Shown here piece after piece: positions 52,741 to 64,000 of a stretch of DNA of 64,000 nt; position 1 is the stretch's first letter; each line of letters begins with the position of its first letter. The position numbers and the translations under genes are program-made. The notes below the pieces were generated by a model, which had not been told where the DNA came from, did no database searches, and saw only the letters and a program-made list of their open reading frames with translations. The stretch is from positions 42,098,001 through 42,162,000 of the forward strand of contig OZ024746.1 in the NCBI GenBank assembly GCA_964016885.1, read 5' to 3'. This DNA comes from Eledone cirrhosa (Eukaryota).

Positions 52741-54478
52741 AATAGTTTCTAAATATATTTAGTACTACACATCATCTTAATTTAGATACTGAAATTAATA
52801 GAAAATGTGTGCCTGAAATTACACAAATAAAAATATTTAGACATTATTTTCAAATATTTGGACATTATTCTCTAAAGATTACAGAATAGTAAGTATTCTT
52901 GCATGAGTAGTCTTGCAAAATAGATGGCAGTCTCACTACTGCACCCAGTACACTCTGTAAAGTTGTTGTTGCGGAAAGCATTCAACCATAAAATCAATGC
53001 ACAAAATGGAATATATAAGAGACGTGATCCTCCAATCTTCTAGGAGGACAGTAATTCTAAAAAGGTCTAATTCAAAATGTGATGACTTATGCTAGCATGG
53101 AACAAGGATGCAAAAGGATAATGATGATGGTGAGGATGATAATGGTGGTAGTGGTGGTGGTGTTATGATGTTGATTTTAAAGAGAATTTGCCATCATCTA
53201 AATTATGGTTCTCCTGTACTCTAGGTAATCTAAAGGTTTCTCTAAAAAGTGAAACATTGTTTGTGTATTTGTACAAAAGATGATATTTTATATTTTCTTG
53301 TCACAAGATTTCTATAAAATGTCAATGATTGATGTGGTGGGCTTTTCCAGTTATATTAATTTCTATTAACCCATCTCAGTATATCTCAAATTGGACATCA
53401 GTAATAAAGGAGTACTTTTAAAGAAGAACACTACAAAAGCTAATTAAGTACATTAGTGTCTCAAGGCTTACTTTACTTTTTTTTTACGCAAGTCTTTTTT
53501 ATTTATTTTTTCTATGTTCATATCTTATTACTATAGATTGTTTCACTTATTAGTTTTATAAATCAAACTGGTGATGTCAACTTCTACACCATTACAAAAT
53601 TATTTTCATTGACATTTTGTTAAAATAAACTATAAAAGAAAGATCAAAATTTGGAAGCAATTACTGTTTTAGATATTGTACACCAATGTGGCGTCCTTAA
53701 TAATTACATTGTTCATTTGATTTATTTCTTCTAACTTCCAATCAACCTAATTGTTACTTTAGTATAGTCCTTCTTTCTTTTAAGGAATTAAATATTTATT
53801 GGTGGAATACTGGCAGTATACTGGTGAAAGGGATAGAAATAGTTGTAGAAGACAATTACTAATTGAAGAAATACAGGATAGGGATAAGAATACAACAATC
53901 ACAACAAGAGAAACAGCATGGCTTCTATTGTCAGAGCAGGTCAATTAAACCTGATTTATAAACAGGGTATTGGTACTGCTAAACAAAGTGCAGGTTGGTG
54001 TGGGCTGTCAGCTTAAATTAGGGTAAAAACATGGAAATGGAAGTATTGGGAGGGAAAAAGGAATAGAGATATATCTAACACATTTGAAGAGCACATTAAG
54101 GGGGAATAATAATGATAGATATGTCTTTTACGCATCTATTTTGTGCTCCTCGATAATTTAGTGGCTGTTAAATAAGTTCACACTCTTCTAATGATCCAAT
54201 AGAACAAAAATCGTTGTAAACAAAACAACAAAACAAAACAGTATTTTTTTCTTTCTATTTATTCATTGTTGTATTTGCTGTACAATTATTTCTGATGACC
54301 TGTGTGGTGTGTGACCGATTGATAGAGTTAGTGTTGAATTGATGTTTTTTGTTTTTTCTTCTCTCGCTTTCATTATATATTTTCATCTATTTATAAGGTT
54401 CCTAGCAATTATTACATTGTTTTTATTATATGCATTTAATTTAATTAATAATTTGTGTTTTATTAATTTTAAAATAAT

Positions 54479-54598
54479 TGTTTCTACTTTAGGCACAAGG
54501 CCAGCAATCATCCAGTGCATTACTGGTACTTTATTTTATCGACCCCGTAAGGACGAAAGGCAAAGTCAACCTCGGTGGGATTTGAACTCAGATCGTAA
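54479..54598 (-). mobile_element. 5'-truncated SINE family B with 17-bp TSD
   Basis: ATTAATTTTAAAATAAT at 54462-54478 and 54599-54615. Confidence 0.9.
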
Positions 54599-54879
54599 AT
54601 TAATTTTAAAATAATACTTTGTGTGTAGACTTTCAGCTTTGGCTGAGGCTTTGAAACAAATTGTTCCTAAGTACTTATTTTAATTGTTGTTATTATAAAG
54701 CTTTGCAGTAATGAATGGAATTATGAAACTACTTATATTCATTGCCAAATGTTCCCAGTATATATATATATATATATTATAGTTCTGGTTTATCCAAACT
54801 ATTGAGCACTTTGCCACACATTTCGAAGATTGTGTTTCGTTATTTCGTGGGCCGAGGTTCCGATTCTCGATAATTTATT

Positions 54880-54923
<44 letters not shown>

Positions 54924-55137
54924 AAGTGTTGTAGTTTGCTTGAAGTATTGTGGAATAAGAAATACTAATATAACTAAGAAATACGATTGGTTATTTTGAA
55001 GCCTGACAATATGTGTGTGTTTATAAGTGCCAAGGTAATAAGATTAGAGAAAATAGGACAAAAGAAGTGAGAAAAGAATGAGAATGGTAGAACTTTAATG
55101 ATCCCAAATATTTTCGTATTTACCATCCATTATCAAT

Positions 55138-55318
55138 ATTGGCAGTAACGGTAGAGGGTTGGATGCCATGCTTTCTAGCATAGTTACATCCCTTTAGAGT
55201 CTGAGTTCAAATCCTGCCGAGGTTAACTTTACCTTTCATCCTTACGGGGTCGATAAAATAAAGTACCAGTAATATACTGGTTGTTTGCTGGCCGTGTGCC
55301 TAAAGTAGAAACAATTAT
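55138..55318 (+). mobile_element. SINE family B
   Basis: A-box TGGCAGTAACGG, B-box GAGTTCAAATCC. Confidence 0.9.
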
Positions 55319-55389
55319 CAATAGGGGCCATCCCGGGTGGTTGGTCGATTTAATTTGTGTGTATATAGTTATAGTATATATATAGGAAG

Positions 55390-56597
55390 GTAAATAGGGC
55401 ACCGGTCCCATCTGGGAAATGGCCATGCTCAGTGTGTAGGAAAGGAGTAGGTAGAAACTCCATTTTATGTCCCAAATGCAAAGTATGGGTGCATAAAAGA
55501 TGTAGTGGGATCACAGGTAAGCTAACTAAGAATATAGATTTTATATGTGGTCGGTGCTCTGGTGCAATAAGTAGCAGCAAGTGCCCACAGAATACTAACT
55601 CATTCCATTGCACAGATGGTTCTATAGAAATAGTGGACAGCTTCCGTTACCTGGGTGATAAAATCAGCAGTGGGGGAGGGTGCTCTGAAAGTACAGTAGC
55701 TAGAGTCAGAACGGGATGGAAAAAGTTCAGAGAGCTTATACCACTATTGGCCGCTAAAGGGTTCTCTCTAAAAATGAAAGGCAGGCTGTATGATGCCTGC
55801 ATACGAACAGCAATGTTACATGGCAGTGAGACCTGGGCATTGTGTGCAGAGGATATACGCAGACTGGAGAGAAACGAAGCTTGCATGCTCCGCTGGATGT
55901 ATAATAGTAATATACGTGAACGGCAAAGCATAAACGAACTAAGGGAGAAATTAGAAATAAGAGGGATCAGATGTTGTTTACTTGAGAGAAGACTACATTG
56001 GTATGGTCATGTGATGCGTATGAAAGACGAGAGCTGTATAAAAAAGTGCAGGGCAATAAAAATAGACGGTAGCCACGGAGTAGGCAGACCCAGAAAAACC
56101 TGGGACGACTTGATAAATTCCGACCTCACACACTTACAACTCTCCAAGACAATGTCACTTGACCGAGAGCTTTGGCGCTACACAGTAATAGAGAAGACCC
56201 GCCTTACCTAAGTACAAAGTGAAACCTACTACAGTCAGTAGGCACCTCTAACAATATACACCCCCGTCCCACTACCCACACCACATCCACACCACCCCTT
56301 TCAATGTAAAGTTATGTTGGTGTCACAACATCCAGCCCGAAACAAATGAGGTCGTGTAGGTGTCACGACAAAAAAACACAGTCCACGCTGTAATGTGGCC
56401 ATGTAGGTAACACAGTAAAAACCTCCCAGTTCCACACTGTAAATGTGGTTGGTGGTAGGAAGGGCATCCAGCCATAGAAAACCCGCCAGACAGTCCTATG
56501 AGAGCAAGACAACCACTCTTGCCTCAAGTGGGAAAACTCCCGTCCAAACTCATGCAAGCGTGGAATATGGACGTTAAACGATGATGATGATGATGAT
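55390..56597 (+). mobile_element. 5'-truncated RTE LINE with open ORF end (to 56211), 3' UTR and (ATG)n tail
   Basis: VDSFRYLGD, W.KF.EL.P.L, KGRLY.AC.R..ML.GSETW, RRL.WYGHV.RM, GRPRKTW, DR.LWR. Confidence 0.95.
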
Positions 56598-57494
56598 ATA
56601 TATATATATATATAGTTGCTAATTACTGTGTTGTTTATTTGTGAGAGTTGTGTTGATTATCTCTTGATAAACAGGTGTAAACAAGTAAGAGCACTCCACA
56701 TCAGTCATATCTATCCAGCATAACAGTAGTGATCAAACATGATGGAGTTTCCATGTATGAAATTAACATTAAGGCAGATGTTACATAATCGTATTTATTG
56801 GATAATATGTATTGTTTGTCTTAACATTAATTTCATATATATATATATTAAAAAATTAGTCCTCAATGTTTCACTGTAAAGTAATGCACTGAATATAAAT
56901 ATTGTTTTAGAATCTCTAATCAGTTCCTATATTTCACAGTGCATAATATGTTCAAAAGTAGAAGACAGTAACATCTTAAAAATAAATTATCAATGGCAAA
57001 TATGAAAGAGATAAAGAGACTAACTCTTGATAAAAGGTTGGTAAAATATTGGTGTAGCTTTGGTTATCCTGTGAAATTGGAATATCAGCCAACATTTCCA
57101 AAGTTGTTATAAAGATACTAAATGTTTTAGAATAGTTTATAGTAGAAATCTTGTATTTGAAAACAAAAACTATAATGAAGATAGCTGAAAGGTCATAGCT
57201 GAACTAACTTGCAGATTTGAAGAATGAAATATTCTGTTTTCTCTAGGACCAAGATATGGGACCATCAATATCAGGTTCTTCCTATGATACCTACATAATA
57301 AATATTTGGTTACATTATAAAAGAAAAGCAGTTGTAAACTACCTTTGTTATTGTTGATAAAAATATCATAGAATGTCATGTCATCTCTCTCTCTCTCTCT
57401 CTGTGCTTATATAATACATAAAACATGGAGAATGTATACAGTTATGTTAACAACTTTTAACAAGATCTAGCTTAAATCCTCGTCCTCCACTACG

Positions 57495-57531
<37 letters not shown>

Positions 57532-58311
57532 TGACTTCTTCTTCTCTTCCATCTCCTTCTTCTCCCCTTTCTGCCTCATCATCATTATTTTATGTCTACT
57601 TTCTATGCTTCACTATAATTCTATGCTTAACCATAATTCTTTAAAATATTTATGAAAATTATGGCATTTAATATTTTCTATGGAAATTAAACATTTAGGC
57701 TTAGATTAAATGGGTTACACTCAAAAGGTAACCAGGAAAAGGTAACATTTCATAACTATAAGAGAAATTCATCAACAGAATATAATTAATATAATTTTGA
57801 GCTTTTATGGATCAGCTAAGCCTTTGTATGCTAAGATGCAAAGGGTAGATATCTCATTATTTGAAGGCTGTACAAATTTGAGTGGTAAGATTGCTTATAT
57901 ATATGTGTTCTCGTAAACATTCTGAATTATAGCAGTCAGTGATTTCAATTGCTATGCAAAGTCTGTGACCTGAAGCATTAGATCACTTGAAGTCATAGAA
58001 AATGCCTGATAGTTTGGACACATCAATGCTAAAGTAGGAGAAGGTAAAGATAGTGTGTCAGCAATTAAATCATAAGATATTCAAATAATATTCATTCATT
58101 ACCTGAAGTGAAATGTAAACTGCATGAATACTGAATTGGAGTAATATTCGCTATATAGTGAAAGGTAAATAGTAAAATGATTATAATTTAATGTGGATGT
58201 ATCATGAGCCTCAAAAATGTATTAAGGTTTGAAAGATTTAGGAAATAGATTAAGAATTATAGGAATCTCAAAAATTACATTGGCTTGGTTATTTAGTTTG
58301 AATGAAAATAA

Positions 58312-59021
58312 ATAATTGTTTCTGCGTTAGGCACAAGGCCATCAATTAACCTGTGCATTACTGGTACTTTATTTTATCGACCCCGTAAGGATGAAAGGCA
58401 AAGTCAACCTCGGCGGGATTTGAACTCGGAATGACAAGGGCCGTAACTCTATACGTCAAAGCATGGCATCCGACCCTCTACCAATACTGCCATTCTGATT
58501 TAGGCACAAGGCCAACAATTCTGGGGGAGGAGGGAAAGTCGGGAAAGTCGAGCCCAGTACGTTATGGTGCTTTACTTTATCGACCTCATAAGGATGAAAA
58601 GCAAAGCTAACCTCAGCAGGATTTGAACTCAGAACAAAATAAATAATTGTTTTTACTTTTGGCACAAGGCCAACAATTACCCAGTACATTACTGATACTT
58701 TATTTTATTGACCCCGTAAGGATGAAAGGCAAAGTTAATCTCAGCGGAATTTGAACTCAGAATAGCAAGGGCCGTAACTCTTTGCATCAAAGCATGGCAT
58801 TCAACCCTCTACTGATACTGCCAATCCAACAAAAAAAATAATTGTTTCTACTTTAGGCACGAGGCCAGCAATTACCCAGTGCATTACTGGTACTTTATTT
58901 TATCGACCCCGTAAGGATGAAAGGCAAAGTCAACCTCGGCGGGATTTGAACTCAAATCATAAAGGGACGTAACTATGCTGGAAAGCATGGCGTCCGAGCC
59001 TCTACCGATACTGCCAATCCA
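58312..59021 (-). mobile_element. Four head-to-tail SINE family B copies
   Basis: Copies at about 58312-58492, 58493-58634, 58640-58828 and 58836-59021. Confidence 0.92.
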
Positions 59022-59559
59022 ACGAAATAAATAATACCAACTAATAATGGTAGGTGGTGTCTAGAATGAAGCTCTTAAATCTCAATGAAGTGGTCATTTT
59101 AATAATGATTATAATTCAAGTATTATATAAAATTCATTTGAGTCCAACTTTATGTACAATGAAGCATGATATTACATCGGCATTGATAGCCTTCAAAATC
59201 TGCTTAATTAAGAGGAATCCTGACAATATTAGGCAAATCACGACAGCATTAACATCTGGTTTCTCTTTTGAATTCTTTATTTTCAAAGATCTTTTTATCA
59301 GTCTTCCTCTACATATCTTACATGATTCTTTTCTCCTTGCCTTTTTTACTGCATGTATATGTTTTTATGTTACTCCTGATGTAAGATACATATGTCTCTC
59401 TCTCTTTCTCTTCCACCTTCTTTTACATATATGAGTAATGTATTTGTTTTTCTTTCTCTTTTTTCCCTCACAAACATACAGTCAAAATGTGTTTACTTCA
59501 ACAAATTCCTGTAATATATTTCTTCCTTTCTTTGGCAGCAGATCAAGTGCATTCACACT

Positions 59560-60130
59560 CCATTTTCATGTCTGTGAATCCATATTGATAGTCATTGATT
59601 TAGACAGATTTCCAGAATCACTCTAAATCATAAGATAGTTTGCCAAATGTGTGACCTATCAAGCTGTGTTTTGTTACCTTCTTCCTTTCCATTAAGACTA
59701 TGAACACTGTCTGCAAATACTATAGAGGTATTTTGAATTTACTAAATGTTTTAGATGGCTAAATACTTGATTGAAAAATTTATCTTTTCCATGAGCAGCT
59801 CATGTAGAGAAATATTTCTAAAACATAGCATTCTATTTAATTGCCAATTACAGAGAACTCCCACCTTCGTTTGATTGAATATTAGATGAAGAATGGAAAC
59901 CTTCTTCTTTAACTTCTTTATTTTTGCTGCCTTGACTGCTGTAGGAATTGATTTTTATTATTATATCAAAACATCCTTTTCTGAATATGATGTGTTAATA
60001 AAGTTTGCCATTAAACAAATGAAACTTCCGGTGAATGAAAGGAATTTTCCCCCAGCTTCACTCTGGTCTCTAAATTTCATGTATTCAAGTTTCAAATTCT
60101 CAGATGTAATTACAATTGAGTTGATTCGTT
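59560..60130 (-). pseudogene. Degenerate RTE-like fragment
   Basis: CYV....LY....W and LIGH remnants. Confidence 0.5.
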
Positions 60131-61027
60131 TCTATAAGATTTCTTCAAATCACACCCCTGGAGAAATTTAACACCTACCAAATTCATATCTGACTTATCT
60201 ATAAAGATTTTGCTTATAAAAATATCGATATTCTTGAGTAAAAATTTGTACTTGCACTACAAAAACTAACTATATATCTTCTTGATATGAAATCTGAAGA
60301 ATTATACATATTTTGTTTGTATATATGTGTGTGTAATCATATGAATATGAAAATCATTGAATATCAGTTTTTAAAAAAATCAAACGATAAAAATATCTAA
60401 ATTATTCATTAGTCTTTTATAATTAAAAAAATTATTCTGATATTGCTTAAATCTGAATAATTTATTCAGAAGTTTTGAGAATCCTCTTAAGATTCTTTAA
60501 AATTTCACTAAAATTCTGCAAATGAAAACTGTGTTCATGTTAGCAGGCTTAAATTTGCTAATTGCTTCTGGTACAATAAAATTAAACCAATTTTGAGAAC
60601 AAATTCATGAATATTTTAACTACATAGAATCATATTTTTTCACTCAAATTTGCGGTTTTTTTTGAGAGTGTAAATCAACAAAATTAGGTGATTCCTCCTT
60701 GAATCACATAATTAAATTTTTGATCTTCTAGTTATATTATCTGTGAGTGATTTCCAGGTTTAAAAATGATCCTTTGAAGATACATGTAATGTAACTAAAG
60801 TAAGTTGTCTTATCCTTCTCCAAAATATATTCTCTGAAATATTTGAATCTAACTCTAAGCTGACAAAATACTTATCAATAATGCAGTGCCTGTGTTACTT
60901 GAAATAGCAGGCTGTATTTCTTATCATACCTAATTATAACTAGGTGGAGTCGACCATTTGATAGTTACATACATGATACAGTGCCAATAAAAAAAACATA
61001 AAAGGTGGTGAATTTGCAGAGTCACCT

Positions 61028-61413
61028 GGAAGCACATGGCTTAGTGGTTAGAGTATTGGGTTTGCAATCGAAAGGTTGTGAGTTCAATTCTCAGATCGGG
61101 TGATGTGTTGTTTCCTTGAACAAGACACTTTATTTCACATTGCTCCAGTTTACTCATCTTTAGAAATGAGATGATAGGACTGGGGTCCCTATCATTCCAC
61201 TGCAAAGTGGTCGTGGAGGTGTCATGGCAAAAAAGCACCCAGCCCATACTGCAAAGTGGACGTGTAGGCGCCACAGAAAAAAAACACCCAGCACTCACTG
61301 TAAATGAGGTTGGTATTAGGAAGGGCATCCAGCTGTAGAAAGCAAGCCAGAATCAGTTCCCATCCTACCTTGGAAGCAGGGAAAAGCAGACATAAAATGA
61401 TGATGATGATGAT
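61028..61413 (+). mobile_element. SINE family A, variant with two internal tail units
   Basis: Matches 12185-12531 plus one extra ~48-bp unit. Confidence 0.92.
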
Positions 61414-62160
61414 TTGGACGTCAGATAGAGTGGTTTGTGGTATTCATTCTGGCTCTCTGCATTCTGAGTTCTAATCCAACTGAAGTCACCTTTTCTTTTC
61501 ATCCTTTTGAGGCTGACAACCCCCCTCCCCCCCAAAAAATAAACGTATTAGTTCAGTAATGCAGTCAAGTCTTCTATACTTCGTTATTAATTTCCATCTT
61601 TCCTTCTATGGAAGAAATCGGTTGTGTTCAGACTTAGAGAATGGATGAACTCCACCAGGTTCAAAGTGTTTAAGACAAGCCATAAAAAGTTACATATTCA
61701 TACATAAATTCAAAAGAATACAAATCATATATCCCTCTGGCTAAAAAGTTGTCACTCAAGGAATTTGTCACCAATAACTTTAGTTATATTATCAAACATT
61801 TGAAAATTATTTTGAACATGATACGGAGTAAATTTAATGAAATAATTTTTTCTCATCTTACACCTAAGAGTAAGTTTCAATCTGTAGCTAGATATTAATA
61901 TTTTTTATTTTTTATTTTTAATATTTTTCTTGGTGATCAAGTGTTATTCCGATACATTTAATACTTCAAAAGTTTTCTATATTAAACATGTAATTCTCAA
62001 ATTATACTGCCTTATTTTAAATGGATTAGAAAGCAGTTGATGGTTGTTCATTCATTTAGAAAATATTTGAATTAATCTAATAGTAAATACGTATTCTCCA
62101 TGTTTCATTATATATATCAATAACGGAGGAGTTTAAGACCGGATGCCCATGGGAACTCCT

Positions 62161-62530
62161 GAACACGACCGTGACTTCTGGCGTCACGCAGTAATACAGG
62201 GTACCCGACCTCCCATGGGTACATGCTGAAGCATATAAACAATATGCCCCCCCCCCCACCGCAAGGTGGTCGTGGAGGTGCCACGGCAAAAAAGCACCCA
62301 GCCCACACTGTAAAGTGGACGTGTAGGCGCCACGAAAAAGCACCCAGCACTCACTGTAAATGAGGTTGGTGTTAGGAAGGGCATCCAGCTGTAGAAATCA
62401 AGCCAGATCAGTTCCTGTATGAGCAAGGCATGGTCAGCCGACCAGACACTGCCCACAACAGGACAACCCGTCTAACCCATGCTAGCGTGGAAGAACGGAC
62501 GTAAAACGGTGATGATGATGATGATGATGA
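62161..62530 (+). mobile_element. Extreme 3' end of an RTE LINE (last codons + 3' UTR + (GAT)n)
   Basis: DRDFWRHAVIQGTR...* (stop 62227-62229) parallels DRELWRYTVIEKTR* of the 55390 element. Confidence 0.85.
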
Positions 62531-64000
62531 TATCCATTCTAATTACATAACTAAATTTTAAGATGTAGTTACCACAATGCAGGTATCTATTTGATAATTA
62601 TAAATAACAGCCGACCAAATTAAGTAAAGTACTCCTGGAGATGGAAACAAAAGTGGACAGAAATCCCTGCAGGGAATCAAACTATATATCTTTCATATGC
62701 TGGATAAGAGGATTTAACTATTATGGCAAGGGCTTCTAGTTGCTAATTACTGTATTTTCAGAAGATTTGGAGCTTGCAATGCAAACATTTTGCTTACTTA
62801 TGAAGCATGAGACATTTGAAATTCGGAAATAGAGTTGTCACAATCCAGATTGCTATAATGATAGTTGCTACCTTCAAATAATATTTGAACTAATTGGATT
62901 CCTACTACTGAAGATTTTATGTGAAGCTAGGCTAGAAGTGTAAACATTTGGCTGACTTATGAAGCATTGGGAAAATTTGTTCCCAATGATTCATAAATCA
63001 GCCAAATGTTTACATATCTAACTTCCTGTTTAAATCTTTCAAAAATTAGCATCCAGGAGCTTTTTGGCATAATGGTTAAAAGTGTTCGACTAACATGTGA
63101 GAGATCCATGGTTCAATTCATTGCATGTAACACTGCCACATTTTTGCATCTTCAGGGATACTTTGTTCAATTATCATTACAGTTATCGGCATTGTGACTA
63201 CTATATTTTTAAATTGTACATAACTATTTTCTTTCATATTGTTATGAAAAAATGTGATGGCTATATTAACACTGGGAAAAAAGTATTCTTACTTTTGATT
63301 TTAATTAAATACAATTAACAGATTCTGTAAATTCTATAATAAGCACAATTGTTTTTGCTGTTATCTTCTAGATTATGTTCTTGATTTTTGCATATAAGTT
63401 AGCTTAATAAGGTGGGAAAGTACTCATAGTCTATTCAGACTTTTGGTGATGGAAAGCCAGTGCTCTTTATGTTCAATTTGAATGCTCCTTGATTAGTTAA
63501 CTAAAGAGAAATATAAATTAGAAGGAAGATCCTGAAAGATGGAGTTTTAGGGATGATGGGGCAAAATAAATGTTTCATAAAGATTCTAGGTTGGAGCAAT
63601 ATACAGAATGTAAATTCTTGGAACATAGTAATTATAGAAGAAATAGAAAAGAGACTTTTTTAACAGTGAACCCAAAGAGTATTGTTAAATTAAAAAATTG
63701 ATGAAGTAGGATAAATCTGTGTTATGAGGAGGTGGGTGAGTTCTGGCATTTCAAGCAGACCTTTGAAGAAAGGAAATATAAAAAGAATAGAACTCATCTC
63801 TCTTAATAGCTCACAAACTTATCTTTTAAGCATTTTATTATGGGTTGTTTTTTTGGAGGAAGGCTTCTCAGCACATGTTAACACTAGTTTCCACAGATTT
63901 TAGTTGTTTTTTTCTTTATTTGTGACTGAAGGCTGCTTATCAGACAAGTTACTTTTTCATAGATGTTGTCATGTGTATGTCTGTGTGTTTGTTTGTTTAT

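Noticed and set aside
54862-54873. 12-nt match GATTCTCGATAA to the 310-bp monomer
   Set aside because: Too short to exceed chance; no flanking similarity.

Overview
AT-rich, repeat-dense eukaryotic non-coding DNA with no intact host gene. It is probably intergenic or part of a large intron. The SINE families and microsatellite content suggest an octopod cephalopod, which is my inference only. All protein-like ORFs are transposon remnants: RTE/RTE-X, CRE, Tx1-like and CR1/Jockey-like LINEs, a Neptune-type Penelope-like element (PLE) and a hAT transposase. There are also tRNA-derived SINEs, MITEs and a non-autonomous Helitron. The main result is a set of hammerhead-ribozyme (HHR) elements. (i) A nearly invariant 310-bp tandem array (1059-3547) carries one type I HHR per monomer (8 copies), is highly structured and is arranged as an inverted pair between (TA)n tracts, consistent with a non-LTR retrozyme that could yield circular RNA. 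(ii) Two further non-coding HHR elements share a GAAACAATTGTA stem III, and one has an unusually large domain II. (iii) A Neptune PLE carries its own HHR and is a plausible family to mobilise the others in trans. All coordinates and pairings were read by eye; no folding program or database search was run.
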